Of a DNA stretch of 64,000 bases, positions 21,016-30,893 are shown one piece after another. The DNA is from Myxococcota bacterium (GTDB lineage Bacteria; Myxococcota_A; UBA9042; PHBI01; JAWLBL01), in NCBI GenBank assembly GCA_041687695.1, contig JAWLBL010000005.1:100382-164381 (forward strand), given 5' to 3'. Under the pieces are notes generated by a model. The model was not told the origin of the DNA. It was given only the letters and a program-made list of their open reading frames with translations, and searched no databases. Within the stretch, counting starts at the first letter, position 1. Every line of letters begins with the position of its first letter. The position numbers and the translations under genes were made by a program.

Positions 21016-23655
21016 ATCGCCACCCACGCGGAAAGCTCCTCGCCTGCGCCCCAGCCGGGCGGCCCCAACGGCTCGCGCCGCGTCATCGACGGCCTCGGCG
21101 GCTTCTCCATCGTCGCCGGCTCGATGCTGGGCATCGGCATCTTCCTGTCGCCCAGCGTCGTCGCGGGTCACCTCAGCTCACCGCTGCTCTTCCTGGGCAT
21201 CTGGGCCCTGGCGGGGCTGTTCGCCTACGCCGGCGCCGTCGCCTGCGCCGAGCTCGGCGCCATGATGCCGCGCGCCGGCGGCGACTACGTCTTCCAGCGC
21301 GCCGCCTTCGGCCCCTCGGTGGCCTTCGCCAGCGGCTGGGTGCTCTTCGCCGCCATCATGTCGGGCTCCATCGCGGCCATGAGCGTCGGCCTGTGCCAGT
21401 ACCAGCTCCCCACGCTGCTCGGCGTCGACCTGTCCCAGGCCGTCCTCGGCCCCGTCACGGGCGTGCAGCTGTCCGCCATCGCCCTCATCCTGGGCTTCAC
21501 GGCCATCAACGCCGCCGGCACGCGCCTGTCCGCCACCGCCCAGAACCTGATGACGCTGATCCCCATTGGCATCCTCGGCCTGGTCGCCCTCTACGCCATC
21601 CTCGCCGGCCCCAGCCCGGGCCACGTCATCGCCGCCGCCCCCGCCGCCGACGCGCCCGTCAGCGCCGAGGCCCTGGTCATGGCGTACATGGCGGTCTACT
21701 TCGCCTACTCGGGCTGGAACTCCGTCATCTACGTCGCCGGCGAGGTCCGCGACCCGGGCCGCAACATCCCCCGCGCCCTCACCAGCGGCACCCTCGCCGT
21801 CACCGTCCTGTACCTCCTGCTCTGCCTCGCCTTCCTCAGCGTCCTCGGCCTCGACGGTCTCGCCTCGCTCCAGACCGACGCCGGCACCGCCACCGCCACC
21901 GCCCTCGGCGGCGACGTCGGCCGCCTCGCCATCACCGTCCTCATCGCCTGCGCCCTCGCCGCCTCCCTCAACGGCACCGTCCTCGGCGGCGCCCGCGTCG
22001 CCTTCGCCATGGGCCAGGACGGCGCCTTCTGGTCCGGCGCCGCCCGCCTCCACCCCAAGACCGGCGTCCCCACCCGCGCCCTGTGGCTGCAGGCGCTGTG
22101 GTCCTGCGGCCTCGTCCTCAGCAACCAGTTCGAACAGATCCTGAACCTCGTGAGTCTCGCCATGGTGATCACCGGCTCCCTGACCGTCGCGTCCCTGTTC
22201 GTCCTCCGCCGCCGCATGCCCGGCGCGCAGCGGCCCTACCGCGCCACCGGCTACCCCTGGCTGCCGGCGCTCTATCTGGCCTCCAGCGCCGTCGTGCTGC
22301 TGGTCATGGCCGGCCGCGCCGTCGCCCCGGCCGAGGGCACGACGGGCGCCTGGTACCCGCTCATCGGCCTGGGCATCCTCGCCCTCGCCTTCGCCACCCA
22401 CCGCCTGTGGCTCCGCGGCCGCCAGCGCGGGGTCCTCGCCGCCCTGGTCGCCGCCGCCGTCGGCGCCGGCCTGTTCCTCGCCGCCCCGGCCGCCCGCGCC
22501 TCCGAGCCCGCGCCCGCCCCGGCCGGCGCCACCATGGACGTCGCCCCGCTGCAGGCCGCCGCCGCCGCCGCGCGCGACACGCGCAGCTCCAAGGCCGTGC
22601 GCGACCTGTACGCCGTCCTGACCTGCGCCGGCGACACGCCCTACGAGGTCGCCAACTACGACCGCTACTGCAAGCGCTACCGCAAGTACCAGGCGACCTA
22701 CCGCGAGCGCTTCAAGACGGTCGCCGGCCCCTGGATCGCCGACAAGCGCCCGGGCGGCCTGCCGAACGTGGTCCTGTACCCGTTCAGCGGCGCCGACCTC
22801 ATCAGCAGCGTCCTCGCCTACCCCGACGCCCTGCTGCACATCCACATGTCGCTCGAGCACGGCGGCCCGGCCTACGCCCTGGAAGACCTGACCGCCAACA
22901 AGCGCGGCCGCGCCCTGTGGCGCCTGCTCGACAGCGCCAAGGGCCTGCTCAACCTGGGCGACAGCAAGACCAAGGACCTCCGCCTCGCCCACCTCGACGA
23001 TCTGCCCGGCAAGCTGCCGATTACGCTGGTCGGCCTCGCCGCCCACGACGCCGAGGTCGTCTCCATCCGCTACTTCAAGGTCGGCGACGACGGCCGCCTC
23101 GAGTACTTCGACGCCGACGAGAAGGTCGGCGCGCGCCCCAAGACCGGCCACCGCGCCGAGTTCGACGCCCGCTACTCGAACTTCGAACTGGCCTTCAAGC
23201 TGCCCGGCTCGGACCAGCTGCGCCTGCTCCAGCACGTCGCGACCGATCTGCACGACTCCAAGCTGGGCGCCGACAAGGGCAAGGGCGTTCGCGCCTGGCT
23301 GCAGGGCCTGGGCCGCGTGTCGTTCATGACCAAGGCCGCCACCTACCTCCTTTGGAGCGACGGTTTCTCGACCATCCGCAACATCGCCATCGACCAGTCC
23401 GAGTGGATGATCTCCGACGCCAGCGGCGTGCCCCGGCGCCACCTGCCGGCCTCCGACTGGGACGTCACCGCCTACGGCAAGTACAGCTGCCCGCTGCTGG
23501 ACTGGGCCAAGAAGGACGCCCGCGCCATGGCCATCAGCGACGAGCTGGCCGAGTGGTTCAAGACCTCGTCGGCCGAGCCCGGCCTGGCCTTCCGCTTCGG
23601 CTACATCGACTGCCGCGGCCAGAACAGCGTCGTCATCGCCAAGCGCCGCCGCTAA
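21016..23655 (+). CDS. APC amino acid permease fused to a C-terminal soluble domain of unknown function
   Basis: GSMLGIGIF, AELGAMMPRAGGDY, FAYSGWN...AGEVRDPGRNIPRA and RPYRATGYPW motifs, then an in-frame domain with VLYPFSGAD, KAATYLL, SDASGVP and FRFGY. Start inferred at ATC after GGAGG. Confidence 0.85.
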   Translation: MATHAESSSPAPQPGGPNGSRRVIDGLGGFSIVAGSMLGIGIFLSPSVVAGHLSSPLLFLGIWALAGLFAYAGAVACAELGAMMPRAGGDYVFQRAAFGPSVAFASGWVLFAAIMSGSIAAMSVGLCQYQLPTLLGVDLSQAVLGPVTGVQLSAIALILGFTAINAAGTRLSATAQNLMTLIPIGILGLVALYAILAGPSPGHVIAAAPAADAPVSAEALVMAYMAVYFAYSGWNSVIYVAGEVRDPGRNIPRALTSGTLAVTVLYLLLCLAFLSVLGLDGLASLQTDAGTATATALGGDVGRLAITVLIACALAASLNGTVLGGARVAFAMGQDGAFWSGAARLHPKTGVPTRALWLQALWSCGLVLSNQFEQILNLVSLAMVITGSLTVASLFVLRRRMPGAQRPYRATGYPWLPALYLASSAVVLLVMAGRAVAPAEGTTGAWYPLIGLGILALAFATHRLWLRGRQRGVLAALVAAAVGAGLFLAAPAARASEPAPAPAGATMDVAPLQAAAAAARDTRSSKAVRDLYAVLTCAGDTPYEVANYDRYCKRYRKYQATYRERFKTVAGPWIADKRPGGLPNVVLYPFSGADLISSVLAYPDALLHIHMSLEHGGPAYALEDLTANKRGRALWRLLDSAKGLLNLGDSKTKDLRLAHLDDLPGKLPITLVGLAAHDAEVVSIRYFKVGDDGRLEYFDADEKVGARPKTGHRAEFDARYSNFELAFKLPGSDQLRLLQHVATDLHDSKLGADKGKGVRAWLQGLGRVSFMTKAATYLLWSDGFSTIRNIAIDQSEWMISDASGVPRRHLPASDWDVTAYGKYSCPLLDWAKKDARAMAISDELAEWFKTSSAEPGLAFRFGYIDCRGQNSVVIAKRRR

Positions 23656-23666
23656 GGAAACGTCTC

Positions 23667-24746
23667 GTGTCGCGCCCCACCCCGCCCCAGCCCCAGGACC
23701 AGGCGTCCCCCGAGCCGCTCGCCCGCCTGAGCCGGCGCGCCGCCCTCGGCCGCCTCGGCTGGGGCGCGGCGGGGCTGCTCGGGGCCGCCCTGGTGCCTGG
23801 CAGCGCCCAGGCCGCCCCGGCCAAGGCCAGCAAGATCCGCGACATCGAGAAGTCGTCGCTGGGCACGACCATTTACATGCAGCTCGAGTCGGCCCCCTTC
23901 CCCGCCCCGGGCGCCCGCTACACCGACGACACCGTCATCGTGTTCGTCCCCAAGCACTTCCGCGTCCACAAGCAGGACAACTACCGCATCGACACCCTGA
24001 TGCACTTCCACGGCCACCGCGACACGGCCGACCAGGCGATGAAACGCCACCAGCTGCGCGAGCAGCTCGCCGCCAGCAAGCAGAACGCCATCCTGGTCCT
24101 GCCGCAGGGGCCGGTGAAGGCCGAGGACTCGCGCGGCGGCAAGCTCGACCAGCCCAAGGGCCTGCTCAACCTCCTGACCGAGATCCGCAAGACCCTGCAG
24201 ACCTCGCGCCTGCAGCTCGCGCTCAAGGAGTGCGGCGTCCCCAACGCCGCCCGCATCGGCAAGCTCATCCTCAGCGCCCACTCCGGCGGCTACAAGGTCG
24301 CCGCCCACTGCGTCGCCCGGGGCGGCTACAACGTCAACGAGGTCTGGCTGTTCGACGCCCTGTACGCCCGCGTCGACGAGTTCCGCGACTGGCTCGCGGC
24401 CGCCGCCCACCACGACGACATGGACAACCGCCGCAAGCTCATCAGCTACTACAGCGGCGAGCAGCCCACGCGCGCCAACAACCAGCTGATGCGCGACTTG
24501 AAGCGTCTGGGCATCAAGTACCTGCACGAGACCCGCGAGGGCGAGCTGTCGCGCAAGGACTTCGTCAAGGCCCGCGCCATCTTCATCGTCACCCAGACGT
24601 CGCACCAGGGCACCGTCTACAAGTACAACAACCTGCGCGACTGCCTGTACGCCTCCTGCTTCAAGCGCTACCTGAAGTCCGACTGGTTCGACGAGATCGA
24701 GGGCCCGCGCCCGCTCGACGCGCGCGACCGCCGCGCGCAGCGCTGA
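23667..24746 (+). CDS. Tat-exported alpha/beta hydrolase-like protein
   Basis: GTG start after AAGGA; LSRRAAL twin-arginine signal ending AQA; HFHGH, nucleophile elbow SAHSGGY, LFDALY. Confidence 0.75.
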   Translation: MSRPTPPQPQDQASPEPLARLSRRAALGRLGWGAAGLLGAALVPGSAQAAPAKASKIRDIEKSSLGTTIYMQLESAPFPAPGARYTDDTVIVFVPKHFRVHKQDNYRIDTLMHFHGHRDTADQAMKRHQLREQLAASKQNAILVLPQGPVKAEDSRGGKLDQPKGLLNLLTEIRKTLQTSRLQLALKECGVPNAARIGKLILSAHSGGYKVAAHCVARGGYNVNEVWLFDALYARVDEFRDWLAAAAHHDDMDNRRKLISYYSGEQPTRANNQLMRDLKRLGIKYLHETREGELSRKDFVKARAIFIVTQTSHQGTVYKYNNLRDCLYASCFKRYLKSDWFDEIEGPRPLDARDRRAQR

Positions 24747-24914
24747 GCCACGCGCCCGAGCCGCTTGGGCCGGCCGGGAATTCCGGTCAAGGGGTTGAGC
24801 GCGCGCCGACGGGGCCCATGGTTGGGGCCGTCGCAGCCCCGCCGCCGCGCGAGGCCGACGACCCGACCTTGAGGCCGCCCGGCGCGATCGGGCTCGACCA
24901 GGAGGACCGGCCGC

Positions 24915-25613
24915 GTGTGGCGCTCCCATCTCCAGACCGCGTATCTGCTGACCCCGACCGACTCACCGCCCGAGGGCCACAGACACGTGTTCTGCGGATC
25001 CCACGCGACGCCCGGCGCGCGCTGTCCCAACTGTGACAAGCCCCTGCTCCGCCTCGCCCAGCTCGACCCGGGCGACGCGCGCCTCGGCCGCCTCCACACC
25101 CAGGCGCCGTCGCTGTCGCTGTACTTCTGCTGGACGTGCAACATCGCCCAGAAGCCCTTCAGCTACCGGCTGGAGCAGGACGGCCGCGTGCGCCTGCTCT
25201 CCTACGGCCGCGGCGGCGTCACGCGCCACTTCCCCTACGACGACTACCCGCTCAGCTTCCCCGAGCGCGGCCTGACCCTGGACCCGCTCCCGCCCGAGGT
25301 GCAGGACCAGCTGCGCTACGTCAACGCCGGCGAGCACCTCGACGACCTGCTCGGCTGCGAGAGCCACCCCGCCCTGTGCGGCCCCCACCACCAGCTCGGC
25401 GGCGTCCCCTTCCTCGAGCAGCGCGTCTCGAAGCTGCCGGCCTGCCCCGGCTGCCGGGCGCCGATGCCCTTCCTGGCGTCCATCGCCGACGACAACGCCG
25501 ACTACCGCGGCTTCACCGACAACCCCTACGTCCAGATCCTCTACTTCCTGTGCGGCCCCTGCGCCACCGTGACCTGCTGGCAGCAGTGCGGCCTCGAGGC
25601 GCCCCTCGACTGA
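24915..25613 (+). CDS. DUF1963/YwqG-like Cys-rich protein
   Basis: AGGAGG RBS; CPNC, CWTC, HQLGGVP, CPGC..MPFLASI and CGPC..WQQC motifs. Confidence 0.65.
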   Translation: MWRSHLQTAYLLTPTDSPPEGHRHVFCGSHATPGARCPNCDKPLLRLAQLDPGDARLGRLHTQAPSLSLYFCWTCNIAQKPFSYRLEQDGRVRLLSYGRGGVTRHFPYDDYPLSFPERGLTLDPLPPEVQDQLRYVNAGEHLDDLLGCESHPALCGPHHQLGGVPFLEQRVSKLPACPGCRAPMPFLASIADDNADYRGFTDNPYVQILYFLCGPCATVTCWQQCGLEAPLD

Positions 25614-25621
25614 CGCCGCGC

Positions 25622-26422
25622 TCAGCGCCGCCGCCGCGCCACCACCACCATCCGCTCGCTGTCCTCGCCGAACGGCTCGCGGTCGAAGTCACCCCACAGG
25701 TTGACGACCTGCAGCCCGGCCTCGGCCAGCAGCGGCCGCAGCCGCGACGGCCGCACGAAGCAGTGCCGCACCGTCTGGTGGACCACCCGCTCGGCGCCGC
25801 CCCGCGGCCGCAGGCGATAGCGGTACTCCATGTCGATGCGGCCCGGCTCGCCGCGCACCAGCTCGCGCTCCTCGACGTCGACCCGCACGCCGTCGGCGCG
25901 GAACGAGGTCAGGTACTCGAAGGGGTCGTCGCCCTCGCCCATGACGTCCAGATCGACGTCGTCCTCGACCGCGTACACGTCGAAGACCAGCCGCCCCTGC
26001 GGGGCCAGGTGCCGCGCCGCCGCGCGCAGGCAGGCCAGCTGGTCGGCCTCGGACTCCAGCACGAACAGGCCGTTGAACGGCACGGTGACCCGGTCGAATT
26101 CGCGCCCGAGGTCGAAGTCGCGCATGTCGCCGTGGACCAGCGTCACCCGCTGGCGGACCGCGCCCGGGACGGCGGCGGCGCAGGCCTCGAGCATCCCGGC
26201 GTCCAGCTCCAGCCCGACCACCTCGGCGCCGGCCTCGGCCACGGGCACCAGCACCCGCCCGGCGCCACAGCCCAGCTCGAGCACGCTGCCCGCCCCGCGG
26301 CAGGCCTCGACGTAGAACGCGACGTCGCCCGGGTTGCCGGTGTGCAGGTGCCGGTACAGCCAGGCGGCCTCGCGCTCGGCTTCGGTCGGCTGCGGCAGCC
26401 TCCAGTCGGTGGCCTGGCTCAA
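25622..26422 (-). CDS. Class I SAM-dependent methyltransferase
   Basis: VLELGCGAGRV, GDMRDFDLGREFD and HLAPQGRLVFD motifs. TTG start overlaps the upstream stop. Confidence 0.88.
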   Translation of the reverse strand: MSQATDWRLPQPTEAEREAAWLYRHLHTGNPGDVAFYVEACRGAGSVLELGCGAGRVLVPVAEAGAEVVGLELDAGMLEACAAAVPGAVRQRVTLVHGDMRDFDLGREFDRVTVPFNGLFVLESEADQLACLRAAARHLAPQGRLVFDVYAVEDDVDLDVMGEGDDPFEYLTSFRADGVRVDVEERELVRGEPGRIDMEYRYRLRPRGGAERVVHQTVRHCFVRPSRLRPLLAEAGLQVVNLWGDFDREPFGEDSERMVVVARRRR

Positions 26423-27282
26423 CGGGAGGCCGGCTTCGCCGCGGGCGCCAGGGTCGCCGCCGGGTCGGGCGACAGCCGGTCCCAGGCCTCGGGCTGGAAC
26501 AGCTCGGTGAAGAAGGTCTGCATGTGCGCCCACGAGCGGCGCGCCGCCTTCTCCTGATAGGCCGACCCGCTGGCCGCGTCGCGCCCGGCCGCCGGGTTGG
26601 TGAAGGTGTGCACCGCGCCCGCGTAGGCGATCAGCTGCCAGTCCGCGCCCGCGGCGTCCAGGCCCTGCTCCCAGGCCTTCACCGCGTCGGGCGGCACGTG
26701 CGGGTCCTCGGCGCCGTGCAGCGCCAGGATGCTGGCGCGGATGTTGCGGTCGCCCTTGCCCGGCGGCGTCAAGCCGCCGTGGAACGACACGACCCCGTCG
26801 ACGTCGGCCCCGCCGTAGGCCAGCTCCAGCACGGCCGTGCCGCCGAAGCAGAACCCGATGGCCGCGGTCCGCGCCGCGTCGACGCCGGGCTGCTTCTTCA
26901 TCGCCTCGAAGGCCGCGGTGACGCGCTCGCGCAGCTTGGGCGTGCCGCGCACCTGGCCGGCCCACGCCCCGGCCTCCTTGGGGTCGCTGGTCGTCTTGCC
27001 GCCGCCGTACATGTCGGCCGCGAAGGCGACGTAGCCCATGGCGGCCAGCTGCCGCGCCCGCACCTTGGCGTAGTCGTTCAGGCCCCACCACTCGTGGACG
27101 ACCAGCACGGCCGGCCGCGCCCCGCGCGCCGCGTCGTCCCAGGCCAGGTAACCCTCGAAGGCCTCGCCGCCGACGGTGTAGCGCACCGTCTTGGTCTGCA
27201 CCGCCGCCGTCGCCACGCCCGCCGCCCCTACCATGCAGACCGCCACCAGGGCGGCCATGACTCCGCTCGAGCTACGCATCAC
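26419..27282 (-). CDS. Dienelactone hydrolase family protein, secreted
   Basis: Signal peptide; HEWWGLN, AIGFCFGG, SFHG, HGAEDP and HTFTNP motifs. Confidence 0.92.
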   Translation of the reverse strand: MMRSSSGVMAALVAVCMVGAAGVATAAVQTKTVRYTVGGEAFEGYLAWDDAARGARPAVLVVHEWWGLNDYAKVRARQLAAMGYVAFAADMYGGGKTTSDPKEAGAWAGQVRGTPKLRERVTAAFEAMKKQPGVDAARTAAIGFCFGGTAVLELAYGGADVDGVVSFHGGLTPPGKGDRNIRASILALHGAEDPHVPPDAVKAWEQGLDAAGADWQLIAYAGAVHTFTNPAAGRDAASGSAYQEKAARRSWAHMQTFFTELFQPEAWDRLSPDPAATLAPAAKPASR

Positions 27283-27365
27283 TCACCTCCGTCCGAGGCG
27301 TCGGATGCTGGCACGACCCCGCCCGAGCGCAAAGCGCCGTGTCGCGCTGGGCTGCGGAGGCCGGC

Positions 27366-28538
27366 TCAGAAGCCCTTGTTGCACTGGATGGGGGCGCCGC
27401 TCAGGCTGTCGCGGGGGTAGGCCGCCGCGAAGGTGATGCACATCTCGTCGGTCGCGTTCTTGCCCGGGAACACCAGCGGGCTGCCGGGCGGCAGATACCA
27501 GGTGCAGGTCCACTCGAGCCCCTCGCCCGCCTCGAGCGTCAGCGGCGGATCGTAGGTCTGGAACTTGGGGTGCGCCCAGTCGTCGTCCTCGTAGACCGAG
27601 GTCGCCCCGCCCGGGGTCCACTTGGCGATCTCGAAGTGGGTGCCGCGCTCGTGGAAGTGCGACATCAGGCCGAAGACCTCGACGGCGTAGGGCACCTCGC
27701 AGTGCGTCGTCTTCACGGTCTCCTGCCCCGGCATCAACATGAAGTTCCACGTCGCGAACCAGATGATGTCGGCGTGGTGGGCGATGGCCTCGGGCTCGGC
27801 GGCCATCACCAGCTCGACGGTCGCCCCGCCCTGCGCCGGCTCGAGCGTGTAGTTCAGGACGTGCTGCTCGAGGATGAGCCGCTGCCCGGGCTCGAGGTGG
27901 AAGGCCACGCCCTCGGGGGTGTCCATGACCCGCACCGGCGTCGCCGACCCGAAGATGTACGCCGCGTCGCCCGACAGCTGCTCATCGGCGGGCTGGCAGT
28001 CGTGCAGGGTCCCCTCCTGGGCCGAGGCGGGCGTCAGGGCCTTGTCGTCGATGACCTTGTAGACGTTGAGGTGGTGCGACGTGCCCGCCATGGTCGACCG
28101 GAACCGCACCACGTCGTACGGCCCGCCGGCCGGCAGGTTCACCGTCTTGCACACCTGCCGCTCGGTGCCCGGCGCGACGGTGAACGGCTCGAGTTCGAAG
28201 GTCAGCGTCTCGCCCAGCGCGTTCTTCGGCGGCTCGACCGCGTCGGGCGGCGCCGTCGCGTCCACGGTGGCGGCGTCGGAAGTTGCGTCGGGGACCGCAT
28301 CGGAGGCCGCGTCCAGGGTCGCGTCGTCGGTCAGGACATCCTCGACCGTGACCTCGGCCATGTTCACGTCGGGGCCCGCGGTCTCTGGCCCCTCGACGTC
28401 ACCGGTCGCCGTCTCCGGCGCCTCCGCGTCGGGCTGCACGTCCGCGGTCATGGCCACGTCGGGCCCGGCCTCGCGCGCCTCGTCCCCACACGCGCCCCAC
28501 CCCAACGCCGCCACCAACCCCACCACGCGCCAGCGCAT
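27366..28538 (-). CDS. Copper type II monooxygenase-like (PHM/DBH fold) lipoprotein
   Basis: Lipobox WGAC, acidic linker, SHH, EQHVLN, SHFH and DEMC copper-ligand motifs. Confidence 0.75.
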   Translation of the reverse strand: MRWRVVGLVAALGWGACGDEAREAGPDVAMTADVQPDAEAPETATGDVEGPETAGPDVNMAEVTVEDVLTDDATLDAASDAVPDATSDAATVDATAPPDAVEPPKNALGETLTFELEPFTVAPGTERQVCKTVNLPAGGPYDVVRFRSTMAGTSHHLNVYKVIDDKALTPASAQEGTLHDCQPADEQLSGDAAYIFGSATPVRVMDTPEGVAFHLEPGQRLILEQHVLNYTLEPAQGGATVELVMAAEPEAIAHHADIIWFATWNFMLMPGQETVKTTHCEVPYAVEVFGLMSHFHERGTHFEIAKWTPGGATSVYEDDDWAHPKFQTYDPPLTLEAGEGLEWTCTWYLPPGSPLVFPGKNATDEMCITFAAAYPRDSLSGAPIQCNKGF

Positions 28539-28733
28539 CGCCGCCCCCTCCCGAAAGGTTCGCGGCAGTATACGTGAGGCCGCACGATGCACCACGCCGG
28601 GCAGCCGCCAAACGCGGACGTCGACGCGAACGACTCCATCCTTCCAGGCGCCTCGCCCACCGATCTACCCTGACCTCAGCTCCCACCCATCCGCTCGACG
28701 GCGGCCGCCCCATCCGCGCCGCCCGGCCCCCCG

Positions 28734-30803
28734 ATGCGGGAGATCCCGATGCCCCTCCGCGCCCCCGCCCGGGCCGCCCTCGCCGTCCTCGTGGCCTGCG
28801 CGCTCGCCGCCGCGCCGAGCTGCCGCCGCGAGGGCCCGACGCCCCCGCCCCAGCCCGACGCCCTGCCCACGCCGTCGACCGGCCTGGACACCCCCGAGCC
28901 CGCCCCGCCGTCCGCCGCCCCCGCCCCGCCCCGCGCCCTGTTCCCGGCCTCCCGGCCCGCCCTCGCGGACGCCGAGGCCCTCGCCTACCTGCCGGCCGAC
29001 ACGCCCTTCGTCGTCGTCACCGGCAACATCCAGGCGCTGGCCAACCGCCTCGGCCGCCGCGAGCTCGAGGCCCGCGGCGAGGGCCTGTACGCGCGCCTGT
29101 CCGCCACCATCACCCGCCGCTTCCAGCGCAACCTCCTCGACCCGGCCGAGCTCGCCGCCATCGGCCTGAGCCCCAGCAGCCCGGCTGGCTTCGCCTGGCT
29201 CGATCTCCGCACCTCGACCGGCGTCGTGTTCGCCACCGTCGACGACCGCGACCGCTTCCGCGCCGCCCTCTCCGAGCTGGCCCAGCGCGCCGGCGTCGGC
29301 CTGGTCGCCACCACGACCGGCGACGTCACCGTCCTTCGCCCCCGCGACGGCGGCGGCGTCGCGGCCGTCCTGCGCGGCGGCAAGCTCCTGCTCGTCGGCA
29401 CCGAGGGCGCCGAGGAGCTGGCCAGCACCTGGGCCGACCGCCTGTCCGAGCTGCCTCCGAGCGCCTCGCTCGCCCAGACGCCGCGCTTTCGCGAGGCCGT
29501 GGCCGCCCTGGACTTCGGCGCCGACGCGGCCGGCTATCTCGACGCCGAGGCCTGGACGGCCTACCTGCTGGACGCGCTCGAGGGGCCCGAGGGCGACTGG
29601 GGCGGGACGCCGACCCAGCGCGCCGCCGAGCGGGCCCTGTACGAGGGCCTGTGGGGCTCGCTGCGGTCGGTCGCCTTCGGGCTCGAGCTGGGCCGCGACG
29701 CGCTGCGCTTCAAGATCGAGGCCCCGCTCGCCCCGGGCTCGCTGCTGGACCGGCTGCTGCGCGCCACCCGCGGCGTCCCGGCGCTGCTCGAGGCGCTGAC
29801 GCTGCGGCCGTCGCTGCTGGTCCACCTCGCCTTCGCGCCGTCCGCCGCCGCCGAGGTGGTCCGCCTGCTCGCCGAGCTCGAAGGGCTGACCCCCGACGTG
29901 CTCTGGCGCGACCTCGAGGCGGCCTCCCTGGTCGATCTCCAGCGCGAGGTGGTGCCGCTGCTCGCGGGTGAGGTCGGGCTCGCCCTGGCCATCGATCTCA
30001 AGGGGCTGTGGCAGGCCCAGATCCACCCGATGCACGCGCTCAACGCGACCCTGACGACGCGCCTGTCCGACCCGGCGCGTGCCCGAGCCCTGCTCGACCG
30101 CCTGATGAGCGACCCGGCGCTGGTGCGCCAGACCCGCCACGCCCGCGACGGCGGCTGGGTCGTCGAGATCCCCGGCTGGAAGACCGTGCACATCGCCGTC
30201 GACGCCGGCCACCTCACGATCTCGACCGATCCCGAGCTCCCCGGTCGCCTCGGCCAGGCCGACCTCGCCGCCTCCTTCGTCCCACGCCTCGACCGGCGGG
30301 ATCTCGTCACCCTGCTCACCGCGCCCGACCCGACGCTCCTGTGGATGACCGATCAGGGCGTCATCGGCGCCATCCTTGCGCTGCAGACCGCCGAGGCGGA
30401 GCGCTTCGGCCCGGCCGACCGCCCCGACGTGCCGCACGGCAGCGCGACCGCTCGGCTGGAGGCCCAGCTGAGGAGCGTCCGCGCCGAGCGCGAGGCCCTC
30501 GAGCGTCGGGTCGTGTCCGAGGATCTCCAGGAGCTGCACCACCTGTTCAAGCGCGTCGGCACGACGGCCCTGCACCTGCGCCGCACGCCGGGAGCCCTGA
30601 CCCTGTGGGGCGGACAGTTCGTCGCCGCCGACACGCTCGGCGAGCTGGTCGAGGACCTCCTCGAGGGCGCCGCGGTGCCGCCCAGCCTCGACGCGGCCAC
30701 CCGCGGTCAGCTCGAGGCCCTCGAGCAGCGCGAGGACGCCCTGCGGCGCGAGCTGGAGCTGCTGCGCGACCGCGAGATCCAGTCCTGGGACGCCGAGCAC
30801 TGA
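28734..30803 (+). CDS. Hypothetical lipoprotein (DUF3352-like)
   Basis: Signal peptide with Cys, Pro-rich linker, LAYLPADT and SLAQTPRFREAVAAL segments typical of this class. Confidence 0.6.
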   Translation: MREIPMPLRAPARAALAVLVACALAAAPSCRREGPTPPPQPDALPTPSTGLDTPEPAPPSAAPAPPRALFPASRPALADAEALAYLPADTPFVVVTGNIQALANRLGRRELEARGEGLYARLSATITRRFQRNLLDPAELAAIGLSPSSPAGFAWLDLRTSTGVVFATVDDRDRFRAALSELAQRAGVGLVATTTGDVTVLRPRDGGGVAAVLRGGKLLLVGTEGAEELASTWADRLSELPPSASLAQTPRFREAVAALDFGADAAGYLDAEAWTAYLLDALEGPEGDWGGTPTQRAAERALYEGLWGSLRSVAFGLELGRDALRFKIEAPLAPGSLLDRLLRATRGVPALLEALTLRPSLLVHLAFAPSAAAEVVRLLAELEGLTPDVLWRDLEAASLVDLQREVVPLLAGEVGLALAIDLKGLWQAQIHPMHALNATLTTRLSDPARARALLDRLMSDPALVRQTRHARDGGWVVEIPGWKTVHIAVDAGHLTISTDPELPGRLGQADLAASFVPRLDRRDLVTLLTAPDPTLLWMTDQGVIGAILALQTAEAERFGPADRPDVPHGSATARLEAQLRSVRAEREALERRVVSEDLQELHHLFKRVGTTALHLRRTPGALTLWGGQFVAADTLGELVEDLLEGAAVPPSLDAATRGQLEALEQREDALRRELELLRDREIQSWDAEH

Positions 30804-30893
30804 CGTCGGCGGCGGGGGTGCCCTTGTCACTGGGCGCCGGGACGTGCCAGCCTGCGGGCATCCAAGCACGCCCTAGCCGCGAGGTTGCCCCCG

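Noticed and set aside
21393..23666. Long N-terminal extension of the Tat hydrolase ORF (1117 aa)
   Set aside because: It is an Arg/Pro-rich off-frame overlap of the permease fusion. The real start is the GTG at 23667 with RBS and Tat signal.
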